A DNA stretch of 64,000 bases from an uncultured Pelagibacteraceae bacterium (GTDB lineage: Bacteria > Pseudomonadota > Alphaproteobacteria > Pelagibacterales > Pelagibacteraceae). Made by a program: the position numbers and the translations under genes. The DNA lies in the NCBI GenBank assembly GCA_902607945.1, contig CACLMD010000001.1, forward strand, positions 88,272 to 152,271, in the 5' to 3' direction. Below the pieces are notes generated by a model. The model was not told the origin of the DNA. It worked only from the letters and a program-made list of their open reading frames with translations, and did no database searches. Shown here piece after piece: positions 48,791-59,105 of the stretch. Positions within the stretch are counted from its first letter, which is position 1, and every line of letters begins with the position of its first letter.

Positions 48791-49723
48791 ATTTTTAATA
48801 ACTTTCTCAAAAACTTTTTCTGGGCTTAAATTTTTTAAATCATTAACTTGAATTGCCTTAAAATTTTCTCTTTCTATACTTACTTTATAAGGAGTTGTAT
48901 GATGACCAAATAAAGTTAAACCTTTAGCTCCTACATGAGCAGCTATATGCGCTGGACCAGTATCATTTGCTATAATAAAAGAACTTTCTTTTATAAGGGC
49001 AGTTAATTGAGAAATATCTAGAGCTTTTCCATTATCAAGAAGTGCAAGTGAATTAATATTTTTTACTTCATTAATTTCTGAGGGCCCTGGTGCTGTAACT
49101 ATTTTAAATTCATCATTAAACTTATTCGAAATTAATTTTGATAAATCATTAAAGTAAGGCCATTTCTTAATTGATAAATGAGGTGAGCAAAATGGAAATA
49201 ATAAGATATATTTTTTTAAATTATAATGACTTTTAATTTCACTGATATCAGTAGACGCCCAATTAAAATTTGGATTTAATGTATTAGATGTTTGTATTCC
49301 TGAGGTTTGAAGTTGATGATTAAATCTATCTAAAACAGAGTGTTTATCAAATTCTTTTTTATTTAACACATTGGGTAAAGTTGTGGTGGAGCTAGACCAA
49401 ACTTCTTTGTTTGCCTTAGGAAAAAGAATGTTTTTATAAAAATTAGTTCTAGATGAATTTTGAAGATCAAAAACTTTTGAAAATTTATATTTCTTAAGCT
49501 CTCTCATTAAAAAATATAAATAAATTAGGTTAAATCTAGGTAATCTTTTGTCCAAAATTACTCCATGAATAAATGGATTTTTTCTAAACAGATCTAAATA
49601 AGGTTTTGTTGTTAAAAGATAAACTTTATCATTTTTATGATTTTCATATATATCTTGAATTGCACCACTTGCTTGGGCTATATCTCCTAATGATCCGTGT
49701 TTAATAATTAAAATATTAGACAT
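48782..49723 (-). CDS. Glycosyltransferase family 9 (heptosyltransferase-like)
   Basis: GSLGD, DLQ, KKWP and NDTGPAHIA motifs. Confidence 0.88.
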   Translation of the reverse strand: MSNILIIKHGSLGDIAQASGAIQDIYENHKNDKVYLLTTKPYLDLFRKNPFIHGVILDKRLPRFNLIYLYFLMRELKKYKFSKVFDLQNSSRTNFYKNILFPKANKEVWSSSTTTLPNVLNKKEFDKHSVLDRFNHQLQTSGIQTSNTLNPNFNWASTDISEIKSHYNLKKYILLFPFCSPHLSIKKWPYFNDLSKLISNKFNDEFKIVTAPGPSEINEVKNINSLALLDNGKALDISQLTALIKESSFIIANDTGPAHIAAHVGAKGLTLFGHHTTPYKVSIERENFKAIQVNDLKNLSPEKVFEKVIKNLH

Positions 49724-49755
49724 ATTTATAACAAGATAACATAGTATTTAATTTT

Positions 49756-50145
49756 ATGAATAAAATTATAGTAGAAGTTTCAATAGGTGAACTTTTAGAT
49801 AAGATTTCAATTTTAGAAATTAAACAAGAAAAAATTAAAGACCCTGAAAAACTTAGATTCATTTCAAATGAATATTTAATTTTGAAAGATCAATTAGATA
49901 ATAATGTAAAGTCAGATGATAAACTCAGTAAACTATATCAATCTTTAAAAGAAATAAATACTAAACTGTGGATAATAGAGGATGATAAAAGATTGTGTGA
50001 AAAAGAAAAAAATTTCGATGAAAAATTTATTAAATTATCACGCGATGTTCATTTTTTAAATGATGATCGAGCTAAGATTAAATTAGAAATTAATAATCAT
50101 ACCGGTTCAACAATTAAAGAAATAAAAGAATACACTAGCTACTAA
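49756..50145 (+). CDS. Conserved hypothetical protein (DUF6165-like)
   Basis: SIGELLDKISILEIK...LWIIED...NDDRA.IK pattern. Confidence 0.75.
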   Translation: MNKIIVEVSIGELLDKISILEIKQEKIKDPEKLRFISNEYLILKDQLDNNVKSDDKLSKLYQSLKEINTKLWIIEDDKRLCEKEKNFDEKFIKLSRDVHFLNDDRAKIKLEINNHTGSTIKEIKEYTSY

Positions 50146-50152
50146 ATAATTA

Positions 50153-51304
50153 ATGGCACTTCATTTTTCAAAAGAAGAATTTTCGAAAAGAAAATTGAAT
50201 ATTCTTCATTCAATGAAAGAGAAAGAGCTTGATGCTTTACTAATGTTTAGACAAGAGTCGATGTATTGGCTGAGTGGCTACGATACCTTTGGATATGTTT
50301 TTTTTCAAACATTAATTTTAGATAAAAACGGAAATATAATCCTTTTGACAAGAGCACCAGATTTAAGGCAAGCACAAAATACATCTAACATTGAAGATAT
50401 CAGAATTTGGATTGATAAAGATGGGTCTAATCCAACTGATGATCTAAAAATAATTTTAGACGAACTTTCTTTAAAAGGGAAAAAAGTAGGTATTGAATAT
50501 GAAGCTTATGGAATGACTGGACGTAATGCTTTACGATTAAATAGATCTCTAGAAAATTATTGTGATATTGAGGATCAGTCAGAATTGATAACAAAACTTA
50601 GAGTTATTAAATCTCAAGAAGAAATTGTTTACGTAAAAAAAGCAGCTGAATTAGCAGATAGAGCTTTAGACCAAGCTTGGAAATATAGTAAAGCTGGTGC
50701 AAGTGAAGCAAAGATTCTGGCTGAAATGCAAAAAGTTGTTTTAGAAGGTGGGGGAGATTATCCTGCTAATGAATACATAATTGGCTCTGGACCAAATGCT
50801 TTGTTATGCAGATATCAATCAGAAAAAAGAAAATTATCAACTGAAGATCAATTGAGTATTGAATGGGCTGGAACTTATAAACATTATCATTCGGCAATGT
50901 TTCGAACTATACTTATTGGAAAAACTAATCCCAAGCATATTAATATGCATGAAGCTTGCTTTGAGGCATTAAAAAATTGTGAAAAAAAATTAACGCCTGG
51001 AAATAAAATTGGAGAAGTTTTTGATATTCACGCAAAAACTTTTGATGATCTTGGGTATAACAAAGCAAGAATGAATGCTTGCGGTTACTCTCTTGGATCA
51101 ACTTTCTCACCTAATTGGATGGATTGGCCGATGCTTTACACTGGTAATCCTTATATAATTAAACCTGGAAATATTTTTTTTATGCATATGATACTGATGG
51201 ACTCAGATGATCAATTGGCTATGAATTTAGGAGAAACCTATCTTGTGACAGAAAATGGAAATGAAAGATTAGGTCAACAAAAATTAGATTTAGTTATACT
51301 TTAA
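50153..51304 (+). CDS. Xaa-Pro peptidase (M24) family protein
   Basis: Creatinase N-terminal domain, LRVIKS.EEI, pita-bread fold motifs. Confidence 0.85.
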   Translation: MALHFSKEEFSKRKLNILHSMKEKELDALLMFRQESMYWLSGYDTFGYVFFQTLILDKNGNIILLTRAPDLRQAQNTSNIEDIRIWIDKDGSNPTDDLKIILDELSLKGKKVGIEYEAYGMTGRNALRLNRSLENYCDIEDQSELITKLRVIKSQEEIVYVKKAAELADRALDQAWKYSKAGASEAKILAEMQKVVLEGGGDYPANEYIIGSGPNALLCRYQSEKRKLSTEDQLSIEWAGTYKHYHSAMFRTILIGKTNPKHINMHEACFEALKNCEKKLTPGNKIGEVFDIHAKTFDDLGYNKARMNACGYSLGSTFSPNWMDWPMLYTGNPYIIKPGNIFFMHMILMDSDDQLAMNLGETYLVTENGNERLGQQKLDLVIL

Positions 51305-51975
51305 TTAAAACTATATTTTTTTTCCAAAAATTTAATCACATTATGAATAATAAATGTCATAAATAAATAAATTCCACCAGCAACAATAAATACCTCTATA
51401 GGCTTAAATGTTGTTGAAATTATATATTTTGCGACACCTGTTAAATCCATTAAAGTAACTGTACTTGCTAAAGAAGTTCCTTTCATCATTAAGATAATTT
51501 CATTTCCGTATGCTGGTAACGACTGTCTAATAGCTACTGGAATTTGAATTTTATAAAAGATTATTTTACTTGATATCCCTAAACTTTTACCTGCTTCTAT
51601 TATTCCAGGTTTAATTGTTTGAAATGCTGATCTTAATATTTCAGAAGTATAAGCTCCCGTGTTTAATGCAAAAGCAATAATTGCACACCAGTATGGTTCT
51701 TTTAAAACAACCCATAAAAAAGTAGACCTTAAATATTCAATTTGTCCTAAACCAAAGTATATAATGAATATTTGAACTAATAAGGGTGTTCCTCTAAATA
51801 CATATGAATATCCATATGCAAATTTATTAATAACAATATTTCTATTTAATCTTAAAATTGCAAATGTTAAGCCAATAAATAAACCTATAATTAAAGAAAC
51901 TGATAAAAGTTTTAAAGTTATAACTGCTGCACTTAATAATTTTGGCAAACTATTTATCATTAATTCAAGATCCAT
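51301..51975 (-). CDS. Polar amino-acid ABC permease (HisM/OccM-like)
   Basis: FRGTPLLVQ and AYTSEILR motifs. Confidence 0.9.
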   Translation of the reverse strand: MDLELMINSLPKLLSAAVITLKLLSVSLIIGLFIGLTFAILRLNRNIVINKFAYGYSYVFRGTPLLVQIFIIYFGLGQIEYLRSTFLWVVLKEPYWCAIIAFALNTGAYTSEILRSAFQTIKPGIIEAGKSLGISSKIIFYKIQIPVAIRQSLPAYGNEIILMMKGTSLASTVTLMDLTGVAKYIISTTFKPIEVFIVAGGIYLFMTFIIHNVIKFLEKKYSFN

Positions 51976-52667
51976 CAGTACCCTCTGCTATATTTAATTT
52001 CTAATCTATTAATTAACTTCATGCTTAAAAATGTAAGCAATAAATACAAAACAGCCGCAAAAGAATAAAAGAATAAAGGGTCTCTGGTAGAACCTGCTGC
52101 AATATAAGACTGTCTCATGATTTCAACTAAACCAGTTACTGATATTAAAGACGTATCTTTAAGAGTAATTTGCCAAACATTACTTAAATTAGGTATTGCT
52201 AGTCTTAAAACTTGAGGAAGAATAATCTTAAAAAATTGAGCAAATTTACTTAATCCTATAACTTTAGCTGCCTCAAATTGACCCTTATCAATTGATTGAA
52301 CTGCTCCTCTAAAGACTTCTGTAGAATAAGCTCCAGAGATAATTCCTATTGCAAAAGCTCCAGTTATAAATGCATTAATCTCAATATATTCGTTATATCC
52401 AAATATTGAAGCAACATACATTACAGCACCTGTTCCACCAAAAAAGAAAAGATATATTACTAATAATTCTGGAACACCTCTAATTACTGTTGTGTAGGAA
52501 TTAGCAATAAAATTAAGTAGTTTATTTTTTGATAGTTTAAGTGGAGTAAAAATTATTGCAAAACTAAAACCAATTATCATCGCTGTAATTGATACAGCTA
52601 TGGTCATTAGGGTTGCATAAAATAACTCATCACCCCAACCAGTGTCTCCAAATGCTAGAAGTTCCAT
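51975..52667 (-). CDS. Polar amino-acid ABC permease (HisQ/OccQ-like)
   Basis: RGVPEL, AYSTEVFRG and GQFEAA motifs. Confidence 0.9.
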   Translation of the reverse strand: MELLAFGDTGWGDELFYATLMTIAVSITAMIIGFSFAIIFTPLKLSKNKLLNFIANSYTTVIRGVPELLVIYLFFFGGTGAVMYVASIFGYNEYIEINAFITGAFAIGIISGAYSTEVFRGAVQSIDKGQFEAAKVIGLSKFAQFFKIILPQVLRLAIPNLSNVWQITLKDTSLISVTGLVEIMRQSYIAAGSTRDPLFFYSFAAVLYLLLTFLSMKLINRLEIKYSRGY

Positions 52668-52672
52668 ACAGA

Positions 52673-52699
52673 TTGGCGACTATACATTATAGTCGCCAA
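52673..52699. terminator. Intercistronic stem-loop between binding-protein and permease genes
   Basis: Perfect 12-bp stem TTGGCGACTATA-cat-TATAGTCGCCAA. Confidence 0.7.
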
Positions 52700-52711
52700 A
52701 TCTAAAATTAA

Positions 52712-53539
52712 TTACATAGATGCATCGAAGCCGAACCACTTAGTAGCAATTCTGCTAATGTCACCATTTTTTCTTGCTTGATTTATAGCTTTATTGAATT
52801 TATTTAAAAGCTCAGTATCATCTTTTCTGATACCAACTCCAACACCATTACCAAATGCACCGCCTGAAAAAGTTGGGCCTGTTAAAACAACTGGCTTACC
52901 AGATTTTTCTGCATAATCACTAAATGCAACAGCTGCAGCCAATGCTGCATCACATCTTCCTGCTGCTAAATCTAAGTTAACTTCATCCTGTGTTTTATAG
53001 GTTCTTACATTTACCTTTCCTACATCACCAGAGTCTAAAAAGTTTTGGTGAATTGTAGCAGTTTGTACACAAACTGTTTTACCAGCTAATGCTGCAGTAA
53101 GAGTTTTAAGAGCCTTTTTAGCATCAGAATTTGGTTTAGTTAAATTAATCCCAGCTGGAGTATCTAAACCCTCAAGACTAGATCCTTTCATTACTGCTAA
53201 TGATGCAACTTCATCTGCATAACCTTGAGAAAAACTAATTGCTTTTTGTCTTTCTGCAGTAATTGACATTCCAGCCATAATCGCATCAAATTTTCTCATG
53301 ATTAATGCTGGTATCATTCCATCCCAATCTTGCTCAACAATAGTACATTGTTCACCAATGTATCTACAAAGTGTGTAAGCTAACTCCACTTCAAACCCAA
53401 TTAATTTTCCAGATTCATCTTTTGAATTCCATGGAGGATAAGCGCCTTCAGTTCCAATTTTTATTTTATCAGCATTTACATTTCCCATAACCAGTAGAGA
53501 AAGTAAAACTGAAAAAATAGTTTTCTTAAATATATTCAT
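52712..53539 (-). CDS. Polar amino-acid ABC substrate-binding protein (family 3)
   Basis: Signal peptide; GTEGAYPPWN, WDGMIPAL and MSITAER motifs. Confidence 0.92.
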   Translation of the reverse strand: MNIFKKTIFSVLLSLLVMGNVNADKIKIGTEGAYPPWNSKDESGKLIGFEVELAYTLCRYIGEQCTIVEQDWDGMIPALIMRKFDAIMAGMSITAERQKAISFSQGYADEVASLAVMKGSSLEGLDTPAGINLTKPNSDAKKALKTLTAALAGKTVCVQTATIHQNFLDSGDVGKVNVRTYKTQDEVNLDLAAGRCDAALAAAVAFSDYAEKSGKPVVLTGPTFSGGAFGNGVGVGIRKDDTELLNKFNKAINQARKNGDISRIATKWFGFDASM

Positions 53540-53600
53540 TATAATCTCCTTTAATAAAAAAATTAGTATTTCACAGATTAAAGATATTAAAAAGAAAAAA

Positions 53601-54641
53601 TTAGTGATTTATAGAAGAAGAAAAATTCCACGAACAATCAAAACTTGGTATGTAAACCCTAGATAACTTAGTATTCCCAAAATGATGGTTAAAAACATTT
53701 AACCAGTTTTCAACTTGAAGAGGTTTTTTATCTTGACTTCCAACTTGAGCAGTAATGACTCCTTTAGGTTTTAAAATTCTAACCAGTGAGTCCATATTTT
53801 TAGCAGCTAAATCTATACAAAACTGATCATCATTTAAATCAACAAAAATATGATCATAAGCATCATCTTCTACAGATTTAATACTTTCAAAAGCATCACC
53901 CCAAACACATTTAACTGAGTTTTTTTCAGTAGCTTTATTTGCAATATCTCCTAAGTGTTTATTACAAACTTCAACTACTTCCGGATCCAATTCAAACCAA
54001 TCTATAAAATTAAATTTTTTAAAAATACACTCTCTCGCAACTCCTCCATCACCACCACCTATAATTGCTGCTCTTTCATTTTTTTTATTTAAGTTCAAAC
54101 CAGCTCCAACAAAAGTTGAGCTATACATGTGTTCGTCTGAAGCTGCTACTTGTATCTCCCCGTCAATAAATAAAGATTTGCCAAATTGTTCTAATTCCAA
54201 AATTTCAATGTGCTGTCCAACTTTAGATTTAAAATCTTCCAGAACATCATTTACAACATATGATTTTTGCAGACCAGGTGAACTGTAGATGTCATGGTAA
54301 AGTGATTTTGTATCTCTATTAAATTCTTTTTTTACTATTCTTTTGTGTTTAAATTCTTTTTTAATAATATCTACAGCAACAGATGGATTGATTTTTCCAC
54401 AAGTAAAAAAATCAAAACTAATTATTCCTTTTTCTGGAAATGTATGAAAACTTATGTGACTTTCAGCCAATAAAGCTAAAATTGTAAAACCTTGTGGTTC
54501 AAACTTGTATTTAGATATATTTAAAATCGTAACTTTTGCGGCCTGTGCAATATCTTTAATTACTTTTTCAAATAAAGAAGGATCATATTCTTTTGTTGTT
54601 CCAATAATATCTAGAGTTATATGTTCACCAACTTTAGTCAT
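53601..54641 (-). CDS. speD-speE: Fused S-adenosylmethionine decarboxylase / spermidine synthase
   Basis: N-terminal LLAESHISFHTFPE...DFFTCG; C-terminal IIGGGDGG..RE and ELDPEV. Confidence 0.9.
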   Translation of the reverse strand: MTKVGEHITLDIIGTTKEYDPSLFEKVIKDIAQAAKVTILNISKYKFEPQGFTILALLAESHISFHTFPEKGIISFDFFTCGKINPSVAVDIIKKEFKHKRIVKKEFNRDTKSLYHDIYSSPGLQKSYVVNDVLEDFKSKVGQHIEILELEQFGKSLFIDGEIQVAASDEHMYSSTFVGAGLNLNKKNERAAIIGGGDGGVARECIFKKFNFIDWFELDPEVVEVCNKHLGDIANKATEKNSVKCVWGDAFESIKSVEDDAYDHIFVDLNDDQFCIDLAAKNMDSLVRILKPKGVITAQVGSQDKKPLQVENWLNVFNHHFGNTKLSRVYIPSFDCSWNFSSSINH

Positions 54642-54705
54642 ACCAAGATTCCCCCTCTTAGATCTAACTACAGAATTTTATTATAAATTCAATTAAATAT
54701 TAAAT

Positions 54706-55239
54706 TTATAATAAAGTAATTTCTTTCAATTTCTGCTTGAATAGTTTTGCCCCTTTTTCGCAATTTTCTATCCAATCAGAACTTGCTGCATTATCTGCAT
54801 TATCAGATATAAATTTAAAACATCTAAAATTAATTTTTTCTAATTTGCAAACTTTTGCTAAAGCATAAGCTTCCATATCAACAATATCTACTTTAATCGG
54901 TATTTGATCAGTAACAAAACTATCTCCTGAACCACAAGAATATCCATTTTCTGAATTTACTATTTCATTAATATTGTCAAAAGGGGTTTGACCAATTTTT
55001 AAGTTCATTAATTTTGTGACATCCATATCTCTTTGATAAAACTTAGTACATTCAATGATGCCATTTAAGTTTTTATCTATGGCACCAGCTGTACCAAAAT
55101 TTATAATTTCCCTAGGTTTGTATCTATTGATGATTTTTGTTAAATTATAAGTTGCATTTATTTTTCCTACACCAGTATAATAAAAAAAATCTAAGTTAGG
55201 TGTTTCCTCTTTTAATGCAGCTACAAATATTCTATTCAT
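54706..55239 (-). CDS. mtnN: MTA/SAH nucleosidase-like (PNP/UDP family)
   Basis: GVGKINA, NFGTAG, DMEAYA and ISDNAD motifs. Confidence 0.8.
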   Translation of the reverse strand: MNRIFVAALKEETPNLDFFYYTGVGKINATYNLTKIINRYKPREIINFGTAGAIDKNLNGIIECTKFYQRDMDVTKLMNLKIGQTPFDNINEIVNSENGYSCGSGDSFVTDQIPIKVDIVDMEAYALAKVCKLEKINFRCFKFISDNADNAASSDWIENCEKGAKLFKQKLKEITLL

Positions 55240-55246
55240 ATTAAAA

Positions 55247-55774
55247 ATGAATTTAAAAAATCATATCAGATCAATACCAGATTATCCAAAGAAAGGAATA
55301 TTATTTAGAGATATAACTACTTTAATTAAAAATGAAGAAGCTTTTGAAGAAACAATAAACCAAATTGTAGAAAGATCAAAAAAATTTAAATTTGATAAAA
55401 TAGCAGCAATAGAATCTAGGGGATTTGTATTTGCCTCTGCTGTTTCTTATGTTTTAAAAAAACCTTTTATAATGCTTAGAAAAAAAAATAAACTACCAGC
55501 AGATGTTTATTCTGTAGACTTTGAATTAGAATATGGAACAGCCACTATTGAAGTTCATAAAGACTCAATACAAAAAGATGAAAAAATTTTAATCATTGAT
55601 GATTTAATTGCTACTGGTGGAACAGCAGAAGCTGCAGCTAAATTAATTGAAATTTCTAAAGGAAAGGTTGCTTGTTTTGTATTCGTAATAAATCTTTTTG
55701 ACTTACATGGTTCTGACAATTTACTTAAAAAAGGATATAAAGTTGAAAATTTAATCGAATTTCCTGGTCATTAA
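55247..55774 (+). CDS. apt: Adenine phosphoribosyltransferase
   Basis: GILFRDIT, ESRGF, LEYG and IIDDLIATGGT motifs. Confidence 0.95.
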   Translation: MNLKNHIRSIPDYPKKGILFRDITTLIKNEEAFEETINQIVERSKKFKFDKIAAIESRGFVFASAVSYVLKKPFIMLRKKNKLPADVYSVDFELEYGTATIEVHKDSIQKDEKILIIDDLIATGGTAEAAAKLIEISKGKVACFVFVINLFDLHGSDNLLKKGYKVENLIEFPGH

Positions 55775-56655
55775 TCGTCTAATTTCGGTCTATAAAAAGA
55801 TTTGTTACCAAACATAGAATTTAATAACCCAGATAATCTCATTTGATAAATTTTTCTTTTTTGACTATTAAAAATAATTAGAAAATAAAAAAATTTAATT
55901 TTTGCTGAAATCAAATTATGAAAAATACTTATGAGAGCTTTAAAGTAGCCATAATGTTTTTTATTAAAATAAAATTTTGACCACATCCAATGCCAGTTTC
56001 TAGAAAGTTCAATTTCGATTTGATATTTGGGGTCAACCGCTTCACCTCCAAAATGATGAATTTTGGATTTTGGTACAATATAAATATTTTCATTATTTAA
56101 TTTTAATCTTTTACAAAAATCATCATTTTCAAGATATAAAAAAATATTTTCGTCAAAAAAATTAAAATTATTTAGTTTTCTTAATCTTTTTAAATTTAAA
56201 AGCATTGAGTAACCATCAACAGTTTTGACTTTAAATGGATTAATTTGATTAAACTTATGATTTTCTTTTTCATCAAGTTTATAGTTTGGATATTCAGACT
56301 TATCTGAAATAGGAGCAATAACTCCAAAAGAATCTAAAGAATTTGATGCATTAATAATTTCATCAATTGTATTTTTTTCCAAAATAACATCTGGATTAAG
56401 AATTAAAGCAAAATCTTTATCTGTAATTTTAATTCCTATATTATTACCAGCTCCCATTCCTACATTTACTGGAGACAAAATACATTTTACATTCTCGTAT
56501 CGTTCTTCAATATTTTTTTTTAATTTTGTGTTATTAGAGTTTTCTATAACAATGATTTCAACTTCTTTATCTATTGAGTCAATACATCGATGGATAACAT
56601 GATCGCTTTTAAAGCTTACAATTATTACTGAAAGATTTTGCCTACTTATTGACAT
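55771..56655 (-). CDS. Glycosyltransferase family 2 (rhamnosyltransferase-like)
   Basis: NVGMGAGNN, LNPD and FDENIFLYLENDD motifs. Confidence 0.85.
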   Translation of the reverse strand: MSISRQNLSVIIVSFKSDHVIHRCIDSIDKEVEIIVIENSNNTKLKKNIEERYENVKCILSPVNVGMGAGNNIGIKITDKDFALILNPDVILEKNTIDEIINASNSLDSFGVIAPISDKSEYPNYKLDEKENHKFNQINPFKVKTVDGYSMLLNLKRLRKLNNFNFFDENIFLYLENDDFCKRLKLNNENIYIVPKSKIHHFGGEAVDPKYQIEIELSRNWHWMWSKFYFNKKHYGYFKALISIFHNLISAKIKFFYFLIIFNSQKRKIYQMRLSGLLNSMFGNKSFYRPKLDD

Positions 56656-56709
56656 GATATGTGTATATTCGACTATACTAAAACTTTTTTGTAATGTAAA
56701 AATTAAATA

Positions 56710-57723
56710 ATGAAAAAAATCATAGTTACAGGTGGATTAGGTTTTATTGGCAGTAATCTTATTGAACTCTTATTAAAAAAAAATTTTTTTGTCATAAATA
56801 TTGACAAATCCACTTACTCTTCTAATTTTTACAATGTTAAAGAGTTTAATAAATCAAAAAAATATAAATTTATTAAATTAGATATAAAAAATAGAAAGTT
56901 TGAGAATATATTATTTAGATATAAACCAAGTTGTATATTTAATTTAGCTGCAGAAACTCATGTAGATAGATCAATTGATAATCCTGATAGCTTCATTCAA
57001 AGCAATATTGTCGGTGTATATAATCTTTTAGAAAGTTTTAAAAATTTTTCAAAAAAAAATAGGTCTAAATTAATTCATATTTCTACTGATGAAGTTTATG
57101 GTGATATTTTAGCTGGTAGGTCACATGAAAAATATCCTTACAAACCAAGTTCACCTTACGCTGCTAGCAAAGCTGCTTCTGATCATTTGGTTAGTTCTTA
57201 TGTAAGGACTTATAATTTGCCTGCTATAGTTACAAACTGCTCAAATAATTATGGTCCAAAACAACATCCAGAAAAATTAATCCCAAAACTAATTTATAAT
57301 ATTTTGAATAACAAACCTTTGCCTATATACGGTAAAGGAAAAAATTCTAGAGAGTGGATCTATGTAAAGGATCACTGTGAAGCTTTAATTAAAGTCTTTT
57401 TAAAAGGTAAAATTGGTGAATTTTATAATATTGGATCTAATAAGAATATGAACAATTTAGAAGTCACTAAAGAACTTTTAAAAAACTCAAGGAGATTAAT
57501 TAGGTTAGGTAATAAAGTTAAAATAAATTTTGTTAAAGATCGTCCAGGGCACGATATAAGATACGCGTTAAATAGTAATAAAATTAAAAAAAAACTAGGT
57601 TGGCGGCCTAAAACAAATTTTTCAAAAGGAATAAAATTAACTTTAGATTGGTATTTTAAAAATAAATCATATTATAAGTCTCTTTCAAAAAAAGATATTA
57701 ATAATAGATTAGGTAAAGGATGA
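56710..57723 (+). CDS. rfbB: dTDP-glucose 4,6-dehydratase
   Basis: AAETHVDRSI, STDEVYG, PYAASKA and DRPGHD motifs. Confidence 0.95.
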   Translation: MKKIIVTGGLGFIGSNLIELLLKKNFFVINIDKSTYSSNFYNVKEFNKSKKYKFIKLDIKNRKFENILFRYKPSCIFNLAAETHVDRSIDNPDSFIQSNIVGVYNLLESFKNFSKKNRSKLIHISTDEVYGDILAGRSHEKYPYKPSSPYAASKAASDHLVSSYVRTYNLPAIVTNCSNNYGPKQHPEKLIPKLIYNILNNKPLPIYGKGKNSREWIYVKDHCEALIKVFLKGKIGEFYNIGSNKNMNNLEVTKELLKNSRRLIRLGNKVKINFVKDRPGHDIRYALNSNKIKKKLGWRPKTNFSKGIKLTLDWYFKNKSYYKSLSKKDINNRLGKG

Positions 57724-58586
57724 TAAAAAAAGGTATTATATTAGCTGGTGGCAAAGGAACCAGGATGAGTCCTCTAACAAAAGCTGTAAACAAACAATTA
57801 CTTCCAATATACGATAAACCTTTAATTTTTTATCCTCTGTCAATCTTAATGTTAGCTAAGATAAAAGATATATTAATTATTGTTAATAAGGGTCAATTAA
57901 ATCAATACAAAAAAATACTTCCCAATGGTAATAATTTAGGAATAAAAATAAGTTATTTAGAACAAAGTGAGCCTAGGGGACTTCCAGACGCATTTGTAAT
58001 AGGTGAAAAGTTTATTGGTAAAGAAAATGTTGCAATGATATTAGGTGATAACTTTTTTTATGGTCAAAGTTTAAGTAAGTTACTTTTAAAAAATACAAAA
58101 TTAAAGAAAGGGGCAAGGATCATTTTACATAAAGTTTTAAAACCAGATTTATTTGGTATCGCAAAAACTAATAATCAAAATAAGATAATAAAGATTAAAG
58201 AAAAACCGAAAAAATTTTTCTCTGACCTCGCAATTACTGGATTATATTTTTTTGATAATAATGTTGTGAAATATTCAAAAAAATTAAAACCCTCAGCTAG
58301 AGGAGAGGTTGAGATAGTAGATTTATTGAATTTTTATAAATCAGAAAATAAATTATATGCAGATTTAATTGGTAGAGGTGGTGCATGGCTTGATACAGGA
58401 TCTATGGAGGATTTTTATAAAACTAGCACTTTTGTTTCTTCAATTGAAAATCAACAAGGTTTGAAAATTGCTTGTTTAGAAGAAATTGCTTTTAACAACA
58501 ATTGGATAAATAAGAGTCATCTAAAACAATCTATAAAATTTTATGGTAATTGTGACTATTCAAAATATTTAGCAAAACTTTTATAA
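57720..58586 (+). CDS. rfbA: Glucose-1-phosphate thymidylyltransferase
   Basis: GIILAGGKGTR, KQLLPIYDKP, LGDN and WLDTG motifs. Confidence 0.95.
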   Translation: MIKKGIILAGGKGTRMSPLTKAVNKQLLPIYDKPLIFYPLSILMLAKIKDILIIVNKGQLNQYKKILPNGNNLGIKISYLEQSEPRGLPDAFVIGEKFIGKENVAMILGDNFFYGQSLSKLLLKNTKLKKGARIILHKVLKPDLFGIAKTNNQNKIIKIKEKPKKFFSDLAITGLYFFDNNVVKYSKKLKPSARGEVEIVDLLNFYKSENKLYADLIGRGGAWLDTGSMEDFYKTSTFVSSIENQQGLKIACLEEIAFNNNWINKSHLKQSIKFYGNCDYSKYLAKLL

Positions 58587-59105
58587 ATGAAAATTATAAA
58601 AACCAAATTTAAAGATCTATTAGTTTTTGAGTCAGTAAACTTTTATGATAACAGAGGATATTTTAGAGAAGTTTTAATAGAAAAACTTCTAAAAAAAAAA
58701 TTTAAATTCACTGTTATATCAAGTTCAAAAAAAAATGTTCTTAGAGGTTTACATATGCAAAAAAAATTTCCTCAAGGAAAATATATATCTGTCATAAAAG
58801 GAAAGATACTTGATGTTGTTGTTGATTGTAGAAAAAAATCTAAAACATTTGGAAAACATTTTAAGATAATTATTAGTGATAAAAATTCCAAATCAATTTA
58901 TGTGCCACCTGGATTTATTCATGGTTTTGTTGGTTTAAAAAAAGAAAATATAGTTTTGTACAGTTGTACAAATTATAGAAACAAAGGTTCTGAATTAGGT
59001 ATAATTTGGAATGATAAAAATTTAGATATTAACTGGGGTATAAAGAAACCAATTTTGTCTTCAAAAGATAAAAAAAATATAGAATTTAATAAAGTTAAAT
59101 TTTAA
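58587..59105 (+). CDS. rfbC: dTDP-4-dehydrorhamnose 3,5-epimerase
   Basis: DNRGYF, VLRGLH and PPGFIHGF motifs. Confidence 0.93.
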   Translation: MKIIKTKFKDLLVFESVNFYDNRGYFREVLIEKLLKKKFKFTVISSSKKNVLRGLHMQKKFPQGKYISVIKGKILDVVVDCRKKSKTFGKHFKIIISDKNSKSIYVPPGFIHGFVGLKKENIVLYSCTNYRNKGSELGIIWNDKNLDINWGIKKPILSSKDKKNIEFNKVKF

